Assembly (NCBI GenBank): GCA_951406725.2
Contig: OX597823.1
Span: 51,026,001-51,090,000, forward strand
Direction of reading: 5' to 3'
DNA length: 64,000 nucleotides
Origin: Octopus vulgaris
Taxonomy: Eukaryota
Positions 13,801-27,330 of this stretch are shown one piece after another. The translations under genes and the position numbers were made by a program. The notes under the pieces were generated by a model that saw nothing but the letters and a program-made list of their open reading frames with translations, did no database searches and had not been told where the DNA came from. Positions within the stretch are counted from its first letter, which is position 1; the number at the start of each line of letters is the position of its first letter.

Positions 13801-14222
13801 TATATAGAAAAGATGGAGGTGGAAATAGCACAGAAGTAAGTCTAAGATATTTCAATTTAAGAGGGAATCTAATAAAAATGATTTAAGAATTATATCAAGA
13901 AAACATTACCGGTTTCGATGTGTTTCATCTTGTCAGTAAAATTTTATAAAAATTTGAAGTAAAAACAGTTTATCTTCTGTCTGGGGGTCAAGAACATGTC
14001 AAGACACGGGGGTCAAGACATGTTCTTGACCCCCAGACAGAAGATAAACTATTTTTGCTGCACATTTTTATAAATTTGTATTGATGTTTGCTAAGAAGAG
14101 ATACATCGAAACCGGTAATATTTTCTTTATATAATTTTAAAATCATTTTTATTAAATTCCTTCTAAAACTGAAATGTGTTAGACGTACTTCTGTTCTATT
14201 TCCACCACCATTTTTTATATAT
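13801..14222. repeat. ~420-bp imperfect palindrome
   Basis: Arms pair from ATGGAGGTGGAAATAG / CTATTTCCACCACCAT inward to a perfect core AGTTTATCTTCTGTCTGGGGGTCAAGAACATGTC / GACATGTTCTTGACCCCCAGACAGAAGATAAACT. Confidence 0.92.
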
Positions 14223-14264
14223 AAAAATTTGATTTGTATAGATCTCTAATCTTTTTTCAACTAT

Positions 14265-14646
14265 ACTCTTTTACTTGTTTCAGTCATTTGACTGCGGCCA
14301 TGCTGGAGCACCGCCTTTAGTCGAGCAAATCGACCCCGGGACTTATTCGTTGTAAGCCCAGTACTTATTCTATCGGTCTCTTTTTGCCGAACCGCTAAGT
14401 GACGGGGATGTAAACACATCAGCATCGGTTGTCAAGCAATGCCAGGGGGACAAACACAGACACACACACACACATACATATATATACGACAGGCTTCTTT
14501 CAGTTTCCGTCTACCAAATCCACTCACAAGGCATTGGTCGGCCCAGGGCTATAGCAGAAGACACTTGCCCAAGATGCCACGCAGTGGGACTGAACCCGGA
14601 ACCATGTGGTTGGTTAGCAAGCTACTTACCACACAGCCACTCCTGC
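14265..14646 (-). mobile_element. SINE family B, full-length
   Basis: Reverse complement of the family B consensus, including head and tail. Confidence 0.9.
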
Positions 14647-14683
14647 ATATATATATATATAAATTTATACATGCACACACACG

Positions 14684-14715
<32 letters not shown>

Positions 14716-14750
14716 CTTATATATAAATACATATATATAAATACATATAC

Positions 14751-14818
<68 letters not shown>

Positions 14819-15232
14819 TCAAATATGTATGTAAATACTTGTCTGTGTGTGTCGTGTATGTATGAATGAGGGTGAGTTATACGTACATTTACGTCATACA
14901 TACATACTGATACACTCAACCGGCCTTATATAAATTTTGTTACGCCTTGGCTATGCACACGGTACTCAGACATGCATGCGCACATCGAAGTTAAACACGC
15001 TCATATACTTGCACACATACACCTTCGCATACGCATAAGTGTGCGTTTGTGTAAGATATATGAATCTGGGAGTGTATGTGTGTGATTGTGTGCATGTGTG
15101 TGTGTGTGTGTGTCTGTGTGCGCGTGTGTTTGATGAAATCGTTTTTATGCGCGGAGAAATTAAGAGGTAGATAGGGAGAAAAGATAAAAGATTGCTTACG
15201 TGACAACGAAGGTGAGACTGGATAAGCTACAA

Positions 15233-15281
<49 letters not shown>

Positions 15282-15992
15282 GAGAGCGAGAGAGAGAGAG
15301 AGAGGACAGAGAGAGGACAGAGAGAGTGTTTGTGTGTATGTGTGAAAGAGGGAGGGAAAGAGAGAAGGTGAGGAAGAGAGAAAGTGAGAGAGAAAGAGAT
15401 AGAGGATGAGAGAGAGAGAGAGAGAGAAAGGGTGAGATAACGCGTCGGAGTGAGGGTACAGATCGGGCGAAGAACTGAGAGGAAGGGTCACCTCAGTTAT
15501 TTAGCGGCTGAAAGTAACGCGGTTGTATAACAGAGAAAGTGAAAGTGAAAGCGCGAAGAAATGGAAAGAGAGAAAGTACGAGAGAGAGAGAGAGAGAGAG
15601 AAAGCTAAGGCGAGGAAGAGGGAGAGAGAAGTAAAGAGGAAGGGGAGAGAGAGAGTAAGGAGAAGGACAGTGAAAATTAACGGAGAATCGAAAGAGACTA
15701 ATGGAGTGCAAATGCACAGTATGTACGTGCGCGTGTGTGTATGTGTGTGCGTGCGTATGTGTGTATGTGTGCGTGTGTGTGTGCGTGTGTGTGTGTGCGT
15801 GTGAGATGATTGACTGCGTAGCTGTATTTGTGTGCATTACTATGTGCCTATGTGCGTGTTTATGTGTGTGCGCGTATGTGTATATACGTGTGCGTGTGTG
15901 TGTGTACGTGTGTGTGCATGCAGGTGTGTATATATTTGTGCACGTGTATGTGACACTCTTCATTTTATGAGTTTGTATATGTGCGTGTGTGA

Positions 15993-16289
15993 ATGTGTGT
16001 ATTTGTGTATGTGTATGTATATGTGCATTTCTGGGTGTGTCTGTATCAATGTGTGTATTTGTGTATGTGTATGTATATGTGTATTTCTGGGTGTGTCTGT
16101 ATCAATGTGTGTATTTGTGTATGTGTATGTATATGTGTATTTCTGGGTGTGTCTGTATCAATGTGTGTATTTGTGTATGTGTATGTATATGTGTATTTCT
16201 GGGTGTGTCTGTATCAATGTGTGTATTTGTGTATGTGTATGTATATGTGTATTTCTGGGTGTGTCTGTATCAATGTGTGTATTTGTGTG
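15993..16289. repeat. 56-bp minisatellite, ~5 copies
   Basis: CTGGG anchor recurs at 16031, 16087, 16143, 16199, 16255; unit TGTGTGTATTTGTGTATGTGTATGTATATGTGTATTTCTGGGTGTGTCTGTATCAA. Confidence 0.95.
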
Positions 16290-16306
16290 TGTACTTGTGT
16301 GTGTAC

Positions 16307-16353
<47 letters not shown>

Positions 16354-16911
16354 TGTGTGTGTATGTGTGTTTGCATGCGTGTCTGTGTGTCTAGTTCTGT
16401 GTGTGTGTTTGTGTAGTTACAGGTCAGTGTGGTGTTTGTGAGTCTTGTTTTTTTTTTTGTGTTGTTTGTGTATGTATCTGTAAGTGAGTGAGTGTGTGGA
16501 TATGTGTATTTGTGTGTTTGCGTGTATTTGTGTGTACGTGTGTTTGTGTGTATATGTGTATCTACTTGTAAGTCTGTGTATTAGTGTTTGCGTATATATT
16601 TATTTTTGTGTGAGTGCGTACGTTTGTGTGTGAGTTTGTGTCTCTGAGCGTGTGTATTTGTAATATATCTGTTTGTAAGCAAAAGTGTATGTCATTTTTT
16701 TTATGAATCCTTATGCATTTGCGTGTATGTATGTGTGTATGTGTATGTGTGTATGTGTGTATGTGTGTGGCGTTGTGATTGTCTGTCTATGAGCTAAATA
16801 GTAACATAACGAAAGATGTAAGAGTAAGAAAATGAGAAAAGAGTGTTTGGTTGCGAGATGGAAATGCAAATCTCTCTGCATGTGTGTGTGTATAAGTGTG
16901 TATAAATGTGT

Positions 16912-17139
16912 GCGAGCTGGCAGAAACGTTAGCACGCCGGGCTAAATGCGTAGCCGTATTTCGTCTGTCGTTACGTTCCGAGTTCAAATTCCGCCGAGGT
17001 CGACTTTGCCTTTCATCCTTTCGGGGTCGATAAATTAAGTACCAGTTACGCACTGGGGTCGATGTAATCGACTTAATCCCTTTGTCTGTCTTTGTTTGTC
17101 CCCCTCTGTGTTTAGCCCCTTGTGGGTAGTAAAGAAACA
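16912..17139 (+). mobile_element. SINE family A monomer
   Basis: Near-identical to 6366-6602 and 28356-28583. Confidence 0.9.
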
Positions 17140-17190
17140 GCGTGTATGTATGTGTGTGTGTGTATGAGAGAGAGAGAGAGAGAGAGAGGA

Positions 17191-17232
<42 letters not shown>

Positions 17233-17629
17233 AGAGAAAAGCAATACGAGGGCGAGTGACTCGTAGTAAAGTAGTTATGGAGGTTGGTCAAGAGAGTAAA
17301 AAAAAAATACATGCAGAGAATTTAGCAGGGAGGAGAAGTAAATAAAAGAAAAAAATCATCAAAAAGATTAAGACCAAGTAAAAAACAACAAAAACTGTGT
17401 TGACGCTTTAAGAGAATGCAAGATGTAGTGAGAAGTATAGGGACATTATATTTATCCGCTGAAAGTAAAGAATCGTGTGATACATAACGTATATATGGTT
17501 GTGAAGTAAGAAGCTTGCTTCCCAACCACAGGGTTTCGAGTTCAGTTCCACTGCGTGGCACCTTGAGCAAGTGTCTTTTGTTATAGCCTCAGGGATTTGG
17601 TAGATAAAAACTGAAAGAAGCTCGTCCTA

Positions 17630-17750
<121 letters not shown>

Positions 17751-17824
17751 GTGTTCGTCTTTGAGCCTGTGTTTGTTCTCCTTCCATCATTTGACAACCA
17801 AGCCACCATCTCTTCAGGAACAGC

Positions 17825-17860
<36 letters not shown>

Positions 17861-18011
17861 TAGATAGATAGATATTGTTATATACGAATACACACATGGA
17901 ACCCAAAAAGTCACTAAAATGTATGCCAAAAAGCTTAACGAGCTTTTTCCTTTTTCTTTTGCCTTTTCCTATTCTTTTCATTTCCATTTTCCTCCTATTT
18001 ATATTCCTCTA

Positions 18012-18096
18012 AATCATTCTGACGATGTTTGTTAAATAGAACGAGATAAATGCAAATGTACTTCGATTTGATAAACAGAAACAGCTGTAAATGGTT
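18012..18096 (+). ncRNA. Putative type-I minimal hammerhead ribozyme (Penelope-type)
   Basis: AAUCAUU-CUGACGA-[UGUUUGUUAAAU...AUUUGAUAAACA]-GAAA-C-AGCU-G-UA-AAUGGUU: 7-bp stem I, 12-bp stem II, palindromic loop 3, GUA cleavage triplet. Confidence 0.7.
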
Positions 18097-18502
18097 CTGA
18101 ACCACAATTAAACTATGACCTTTTAAGACCAATGTTAAACTTCTCATTGTTTATTATTGCATTATTTCTTTTCTACATACATACATACATACATACATAC
18201 ATACATACATACATACATACATACATACATACATACATAATATATGTGTGTGTATAAGAGCACGCAGATGAGCACTAGCGTGCACATATGTAACATATAT
18301 GTAGACATATATATATATTAAGGTTTTTTATGTTATCTTTTTTTATATTTCTTTCAGTCATTTGCCTGCGGCCATGCTGGGGCAACACCTTGCAGGGTTC
18401 TAGTCCAAGTCGACCACAGGAGTTTTTTTGAAGCCTAGTTCTTGTTCTTGCGGTCTTTTTTGCCGAACCTCTAGGTAATGGGGACGTAAACACACTAACA
18501 TA

Positions 18503-18554
<52 letters not shown>

Positions 18555-20976
18555 ATGTATATATGTTTGTGTGTGTGTGTGTGTGTGTGTATAATGTTAT
18601 GTTAATGTAAGATCCAAGGATTTAAGAGCAAGAAGTTAGTAAACCTCGAACAATCCGTACAGTTTTGGGAAAAACTTACAACCTTTTTTGCTAATAAAAG
18701 GTTGGCGTAAAATGTAAGTTTTTTCCTAATCGAAGTTCGATAAGCTGATAAAAGATGTTTATAGTTCTCGGTTGCTACGTATGCAAAAGAAAAGTCCAAA
18801 CTGAGGTAATGGAGCGAGTAAAATTCAGCCTTCATATGTTTCCTAGCAAGCAGAACTTCAGAAGTAATAATTACTCAACGAGGGGTACTTCACTAGCTAC
18901 TCATCAGGCCGAAGATACCTTAGTTAATTAAATGAAGGTTGTTACATTGTCGTCAAGGGATTCGAAGTAGAATTAAGGAGACTTGATCGAAAATGAGTTG
19001 AAAGGACAGAATGAGAAAACAAAAAAAAAAAAGAAACATATGTAAGAAGAAATAAGATATAGGAGTGGGAAAATGTCTGAAGTTGTTAAGAGAAAGAATA
19101 ATACGATAGAAAAGGAGAGGAGAAGAGGGGGAAAATTCTGGTTAAATTGAAGCTGACTAGGGGAAGGTCTTGGTGAATATAAGGCTGGGGCCACTAACTA
19201 TGTCAACTGTAAATAAAAAATATATTGTCGCACCCATGTATATACATTTAAACAGAATCCAAAGAGAAGAAAAGGGAACAATTTTAGAGGTAAAATTACA
19301 AGGAGGAGAAGAGGAAGAGAAAATTTAAGAGTGGTGGCAAGGTGAATTTGTTAGAAGAGGTGGAGAAAGAGACGGAGGTATGAGATAAAGTTTCTGGTCA
19401 ATAGGGAACATAGTAAGTAGTTCTAGGTAAATTGATGGTTTATCACTTAACAGTAAAACTATACAAACGCATATTCGCGCGGCGCTCGCGCGTATTTTCT
19501 CTGTACACCTGTAGCATTTTATATGGGTGCATGCGCGCGTAAGCTCCTTAATGTTCTCATGTGCAGAGAGAAAAATGTAAGAAGATCATGAGGTTAAGAA
19601 AAAATAGTTGTCTATTATACATATATAGAAAAGCTGCAGGTGGAGACGGAGGAATAGTTAGGAAATAATGAGGGATGGGGCTATTATTTGCACCTTGAAA
19701 ATGTGATACATATTCGGTGTTTACAATTAGAAATAAGATGTGCTGCCTTATAAAAAAGATTTCCACGATGCATAGATCGCATTTGTTGTTATAACTGTTA
19801 TACGGTTTGTTATGGGTAACTATAGACTATTTTAGATTATACAGAACTGAGTTTCGTTTTAGGTTCTTAATTAGCCGCGATAAAGAAGTGCTGTTAGTTC
19901 TTGCTTGGGACTTGAAGCTACAGTAGTGGTTACAAACTCTAACCTTGAGGGTGGTGCTGCACAATCCGATGTATACATAATTGGAATTTTCAGTTGAAAC
20001 CGTGAATTTATATACAATATATTATGTAAGGCATCTATTATGTAAGGGACAGGAGGAGGTGTCTACAGCTGCATAGGGTTCTAGAATGTGCTAAAGTGGA
20101 ATTTACGGGGTTATTATAATCTAGGGGTAACCTGATGTTATATTCATTATTCGCAGTGGCGTTAGGATTGGTGTTTTTTAGGGTGGTGAGGGAGTGTCTA
20201 GGGGACGTCATTCGATCCCTAAACTTATTAAGAGGCGATACAAAACGACATAAAGTAATAAAATCTGAAGGTGAAGTTCGAACATGGAATCCTTGTGTTG
20301 GCGGCTAGAACAAACTGAAGAATAAAAGAGCTTTAGAAAAGCATCGTCTATTCTTGTTTTCACTGATTTTATTGCACTCTTATATTGCTTACGTTAAAGC
20401 CAACAGTTGGTAGTCTTATTGAATTTTTAGAAAAGTGTTTTGTATTGCTCATCCCTGTCCAAGAAAATGGTTTTCTCTTTTGAATCAACCGATTTCTAAT
20501 TATTATTGCTTCCCCAGAAAAGAGACATGTTGTTTTGTTGTTTGGACATGAAGTAGAGCTTAAATGAAAAGATTCTAGAAATACAATAATATTTCATTTC
20601 AGATAGAGTGTTTTGAACAACACAATCTAAAGTCAAATCTTTCTCATTCTCTCTCTTTGTTTCTCTCTTTTACTGTTTCATTAAGATATATCAATTATAT
20701 CAACTTTACCATTAAGAAATTTACGCGGAATGTTTTTCGTTACAAAGGATGCCACTGCGTGGCACCTTGAGCTAGTGTCTTCTCCTATAGCCTCGGACCA
20801 ACCAGAACCTTGTGAGTGGATTTGGTACAAGGAAATTGAGAGAAGCTCATCTTGTGTGGTAAAAAGCTTGCTTCCCAACCACTTAATTCCAGGTTTAGTT
20901 CCCCTGCGTGGCACCTTGGGCAAGCAAGTGCCTCCTACTATAGCCTCTGGCTGACCAAAGCATTGTGAGTGGATTT

Positions 20977-21170
20977 GGGCGAGCTGGCAGAATCATTAGC
21001 ACGCAGGACGAAATGCTCAGCAGTATTTCATACGTCTTTACTTTCTGAATTCAAATGCTGCCGAGGTCGACTTTGCCGGCCATTTCTTTCGAGATCGATA
21101 AAGTAAGTGCCAGTAGAGCACTGGGGTCTATGTAATCGACTATACACCTCCCCCCAAATTTCAGGTTTTG
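20977..21170 (+). mobile_element. SINE family A copy nested inside a family B SINE
   Basis: Interrupts family B between GTGGATTTGG and GACGGAAACTGAAAG; near-identical to 23123-23318. Confidence 0.85.
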
Positions 21171-21354
21171 TGACGGAAACTGAAAGCAGCTCGTCGTATA
21201 TATATATACATATATAAGTATATATGTGTGTGTGTGTGCGTGTGTGTGCGTGTACATGTCTATGTGTGAGCGTGTCTTTGTGTCTGTGTTTGTCCCGCCA
21301 TCACCGCTTAACAACCGGTGTTAGTGTGTGATATATAAGCATTTACACTAGCAT

Positions 21355-21899
21355 GCAGACGTGGATCTTTGGTAAAAAGCTTGCTTTCCAACCACATGGT
21401 CCAGGGTTCCGTCCCACTAAGTAGCACTTTCGCAAATTGTCTTCTACTATAGCCTTGGGCCGGAAACGCCTTGTGATTGGGTTTGGTAGATGGAAACTGA
21501 AAGAAGCTCGTCGTATATTTATATATATTTGTATGTGTATGTCTGTGTGTGCGTACGTGCGAGTTTGTGCATGTGGGTGTGTGCGAGAGCGTGTGTATGT
21601 TTGGTGTGAGTATCTGTGTGTGTGAGTGTCTTTGTGTGTTTGTTTGTGTATATGAGTGTCCGTGGTTCTGTTTGTGTTTTACCCCCCACTTCCACTTGAC
21701 AATCAGTGTTGGTGTGTTTATGTCTCCGTAACATGGTAACTAGCGTTTCGGCAAAAAAGACCGATAGAATGGCTATCAAGCTTTAAAAAAGAAAAAAATA
21801 GGTTCTGGAATCGATTTATTCAACTAAACATTCTTCAAGGCGGTACCCCAGCATGGCCGCAGTCTAATGACTGAAACAAGCAAAAGATAAAAAATAAAA

Positions 21900-21900
<1 letters not shown>
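21355..21900 (+). mobile_element. SINE family B, older diverged full-length copy
   Basis: Head, expanded internal GT-rich tract, tail CAGCATGGCCGCAGTCTAATGACTGAAACAAG. Confidence 0.8.
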
Positions 21901-21961
<61 letters not shown>

Positions 21962-22243
21962 TAATACACACACGCAGATACACACACAGATACGCATACA
22001 GATACGTGTTTAACTTTATACGTATGTGTGTTTGCGTGAGCCACCATGTCTTCGTTGGAACCCTCAGAAGACAAACAATTTGATTTTTATGCAGATATCG
22101 CGATATAGTGCATTATTAATTGTTATAGAGAGTGCTTTAAAATCTCTGTTAATTTGGTTATCAACCTACTCAGAATGTTATATTGTATATTTTTCTTTCT
22201 ATCCATCTTTCTTTCTCTCTCTCTATATATATATCTGTATCTA

Positions 22244-22326
<83 letters not shown>

Positions 22327-22328
22327 TT

Positions 22329-22368
<40 letters not shown>

Positions 22369-22378
22369 GCTGTATTTA

Positions 22379-22437
<59 letters not shown>

Positions 22438-23122
22438 CTGATAAATATATGTGGAGAAAGAGTGTAAGTGAGAAAGAAAGAGGAAGAGATAAAAGCGGAG
22501 TTAGTTTTTGTTTTGAAAGCTATTTTCAGCTTTCGTGATCAGCCAGTTTCTCACTGGGGATTTTGTAATTGAAGGCAATAAGTTTTGCACTACAAATATC
22601 TAATTTAATTTGACTGAATATTTTCGTCCGTAATTGAAAATAATAGTATCAGATTAACAACAAAATAGCAGTTTAACTTCCATCTACATTAGATTCCAAT
22701 ATATTTTTATATATACAATAAAGAATCTTTATTTCTTAGCGTGGCCACATATTGGTGGTAAAAAGTTTGGTGGGGCCTCAACTTAATATTTCACTCGTGG
22801 CTTTTCGATGCAGTGGTTATAGAGAGAGGAAGGGAGGGAGGGAGAGAGAAAGAGAGAGAGGTGGGGGAGAGAGAAAAGATAATGGGGAAGCGGCCTTCTG
22901 TATTAGACGGTACTTTGTAGGGTCAGAAAGACTGGCTTCTGTGGGATTTGAACTCCAGAGTGCAGGGATAAATGCGGTCAGGCATATTAATCGTCACTCT
23001 TACGACTCCATCAGTTTGCTTCATATACAGCGGTCAATGGTATCGACTAACCGAATTCTTCTAAATTCCAGTCCCTTTGCTTAAATCAGAAACAGTAATT
23101 ATTGCTTTATGATTGGGTCAGC

Positions 23123-23555
23123 ATTGGGCGAGTAGGCAGAATCATTAGCACGCAGGACGAAATGCTCAGCAGTATTTCGTACGTCTTTACTTTCTGAATT
23201 CAAATGCTGTCGAGGTCGACTTTGCCGGCCATCCCTTTCGAGATCGATAAAGTAAATGCCAGTAGAGCACTGGGGTCTATGTAATCGACTATAGACCTCC
23301 CCCAAAATTTCAGGTCTTGTGCCTATAATAGAAAGGATTTTAATATAGGTTTCAAATTATACCACAAATGCAGCAGTTTCGGAGGAGGGTTAAATTGATA
23401 AGATCGACTCCAGTGCTAAACAGGTACTTATTTCACCTCAAAGGCGAAAGGCAAAATTAATGTCGGCGGAATTTGAGCTCAAAACGTAAAGATGGACGAA
23501 ATACCGCCAAGTATTTTCGCTGGCATGTTAACATTTCAATCAGCTCGCCGCCTGA
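23123..23555. mobile_element. Two tail-to-tail SINE family A copies (+ 23123-23340; - 23345-23555)
   Basis: Family A body on each strand. Confidence 0.8.
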
Positions 23556-25464
23556 AATTAGGATTATAATATTAAATGGATTTTGTGAGAATTCGCAATC
23601 ATAAATGTTTAGATGTTCCAACAACTAAACTACCACGCTGATTAATTTAGCGTGTTAGCGGCCTAGTGTATGACAGACCTCCGTACGCTTAATATTCTTT
23701 GCTGGAAATCAGCGTAACAATCTGACAAGGTTTGAACTTTGAATTACGGGCGGAATACATCCGACGAATTTCTATACAAATTCCATCTACTCAGTTAAGT
23801 ACAAGGTTTAAGTCGACCCCGGTCTATAGAAAATGACACATGTTTAAGGTCAGACTATGTGACATTGATGACAAAACCTCTTCCTGATTCGGCATATAGT
23901 GCCCAACAGTTTCTTAATCATGCGGTTAAGAAACCAGTGAGCAATGTTCGGTGGAATGCTTAAGAAATTCGCTCCGCAACTACGAGTACCAGTTGAGTCC
24001 TAGGTTTGAAGTCATCAACTTACCTTCACCCTCGAAATTGCTGGCCTTGTGCAAAAATTTGAAACCAATTGTTTTATATTTGTAATGTTTATCATTCTTT
24101 CTCAGTCCTAAATTAGCCCTGTTCGAGCAGACCAATTATTTACATCTCAAACTGTTACTTTTCATATGCTACGCAATTCATACATCTCAATACTGTTACT
24201 TTTCATATGTTACGCAATCTGTTCTTACGATTTTAAAGCCAGTTTTGGTATTTGGCGCAGATTTGGTTGGTATTTATAAGTAAGTTGAATGACGATGCGT
24301 ATAGAAGTCTCTTTTGTTGAGAACATTGATCAAACAGGTAGGTATTTGTTGATGTGTGAGATTTCAACTGACACAAACGAAGAAAAGTAACGGTTTGAGA
24401 TTTGTTTATTCTCCACATTATGTGTCTACATAAGCATATAGGAATTAATTTCAATGATAATGTCAAAAGTAATATGTAAATAGTGAGATGAATGAAAAGT
24501 TGGGGAACTAGTTGACTGTTGAAATATAACGCACATTACAAAATACTATAGTGTTTTTCTTTTTCCTGTTTCGAATTATAAGCATTCATTAGGGAAACTG
24601 GCATCTTATTTATATGTATTCTTTCAACGAATACAACTAGAAAGAAGTTGGGGAGTGGGAAAGAAACAACCGAAGAGTCAGTGATATATTTCTATGAAAT
24701 CCGGTCAACGGTTTACACAGGAGACTGCTTACGTGGTCGTAATATGGCACTCGCTTCTGATAGGATTCTTCAAAAACAACGCTTTTTGACTGAAGGAATT
24801 AACTCATTTGAAGCAAGATAATACCCATAGGTATTTCGCCAAACTGTTGTCTGAATTTTCTCGAACATTAAGGAAAAGAATTTAGCTAATGGCCACACTC
24901 TGTAAATCCCTTGTTACGTCATATTTGAATTGAACCAGCTCATTGAGTACTTCCAGCAACATTAAGATTACGAAGCAGAATCTAAGGAAACGTGTTTCCA
25001 CGGAAACCAGCTCAATGGTCTTGGCTCTAGAAAAAGTATTTAATTAGCAGAGAGTTATATGTAAAATACATAACGGTGTTTTTCTTTTTATTATTTAACT
25101 TTCCCTATAAATATGATGGACACAATCCAACAAGGTCTGATAAGATACACTACGCTAACAATTGTTCGTAGCAAACTCTAGTACTTACTCAACAATCCAA
25201 TGTGTGAAATATTATTAATGTACATTTATAGTTTTTGTTTATATTATGCAATACATATGTAAGTATGTGTAGATGCATGTAAATATATAAATACGTATGT
25301 GTGTATGTATGTACATATGTATGTACGCATTCATACATATATATATATATATATCTACATGCATATATATATGTATATATGTATGTATATGTGCATATAT
25401 ATGTGTGTATATATGTGTGTATATCTTTATATATGTATGTATATATATATATATACATATACAC

Positions 25465-25514
<50 letters not shown>

Positions 25515-25685
25515 CATTAAGTGTGCCAGGGATTTAACTTAATCACAATACTTCAATAGTATACACACTTCAGTATTATACATTAGCCACTGTTATACAT
25601 ACTGCAATAGTATACGCATTTCACAGGGAAGCCCATGTATATACATATACATATATATATATATATTATGGACATATATGTATTT

Positions 25686-25718
<33 letters not shown>

Positions 25719-26529
25719 TGCGTATGTGTACCACATTATTTTTTGTTTGACATCCTTTTGACATCATTTATGAAATGCTTCAACACGATTTAACACCTGT
25801 TGAACAAATAATCTACTTTTTAAAAACGAAAACACAAATAAATAATTGATTCTGTCTGTCGCTTAAATCTTAAAACATTTTTTCCTAATTTTATTTCATT
25901 TCTCCTTTTTTTTCTTCTTTCGTTGCAATTCCATTGTTCCTTCACTTTTCTATATCACTATTTCTCCGGATATTTAAAAAAAAAAACTTTCCCACTCGTC
26001 TTCTGGTTCATCCCCATCCCACTGCATCGCTGCTTGTATTTCTGCTACTTACTCTCCGACCTTATAAATACTCTAAACCCTTTAAGTTAACCTTTATTAA
26101 CATCCCCGCACCACATGAAGCTCCCCCATTCTCCACGCTTTCTAACAGCTGTTTCAGTCTTTCCCTTCCTTCACCGTTTATCTCCCTTTCTGCTTCTCCC
26201 GCGCTAGCTTTACTCACTCATCTTTTCCTTGTCTACGGGTTTTCCTCCCAGCCCTAGTCCGGACACCCACTTCTCTCTGTGACCCACATTATCTCCACCT
26301 TTCTTCCAACTATTACAGCTAGCACCACATTGACGCCCGCATTTAATGTTCAACCACAATTGATGTCGTCCGAGTTAGATGAAATTTAAGCTCTAATAAA
26401 ATATCTATTCCGGCTTTCCCTTCCTCTTTTTCTTTCTCTGCTTTCGTCCATGCACTTCCCCAGTTTTCCATTTTTTTTCCCATTGTTCCACCGTTACAAA
26501 TGCTTCCTTACAACTTAAATGTGTGTATG

Positions 26530-26561
<32 letters not shown>

Positions 26562-26716
26562 CACACAAACACACATACACATACGCATACATACATGTAT
26601 ATATGTATGTATACATGAGAATACATTTATGTATGTATACTTATGCATATATATATATATATACATATATATATAATTATACATACATATATATACATAT
26701 ACATACATATATATAC

Positions 26717-26771
<55 letters not shown>

Positions 26772-26780
26772 CATACATAT

Positions 26781-26850
26781 AAATGGCGGTGCCCCAGCCT
26801 GACCACAGCTCGTGAGCTGAAACTAGATAAAATAGAATAAAATAAATAAA
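26781..26850 (+). mobile_element. Extremely 5'-truncated 3' end of the CR1/L2-group LINE
   Basis: GGCGGTGCCCCAGCCTGACCACAGCTCGTGAGCTGAAACTAGA + A-rich tail matches the 3' UTR of the LINE at 37181-37232. Confidence 0.75.
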
Positions 26851-26872
26851 ATATATATATACATATATGTAT

Positions 26873-26919
<47 letters not shown>

Positions 26920-26920
26920 C

Positions 26921-26951
<31 letters not shown>

Positions 26952-27278
26952 TAAATATCACACAGCCGCACACACATATCTGCGGTATATATACATATAT
27001 GCCAATGCAGAAAGACGGTGAGGAGTGATGACAATCATCAACACGTCCTAACCACGCTACTGTCATCAATGTTTATTATTATTTAATATAATTTTGATCT
27101 ATTTTATTGGGGAATGAGGTCTGTGAGACACAAACGTTGGTCACTGAAACATTTTTTTTTTGTTTACGCTTCATATTCGTTGTGTGTATATATATATATA
27201 TATATATATTAGGCAAAAGAGACAACAAAGCCATGGCTGTGAGGAGTTTTCAGGACATTTATATGAAAAGATATGTGC

Positions 27279-27330
<52 letters not shown>

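Noticed and set aside
15832-16441. Cys-rich repetitive ORFs (metallothionein/keratin-like)
   Set aside because: Open in several frames because they derive from a GT-based 56-bp minisatellite.
19000-20340. Less repetitive stretch, possible exon or old LINE (also 6780-7470 and 45900-46500)
   Set aside because: No ORF or motif I could support; needs tBLASTn or RNA-seq.
26055-26075. TATA-like TATAAATA in pyrimidine-rich unique sequence
   Set aside because: Expected by chance in AT-rich DNA, and there is no downstream gene evidence.
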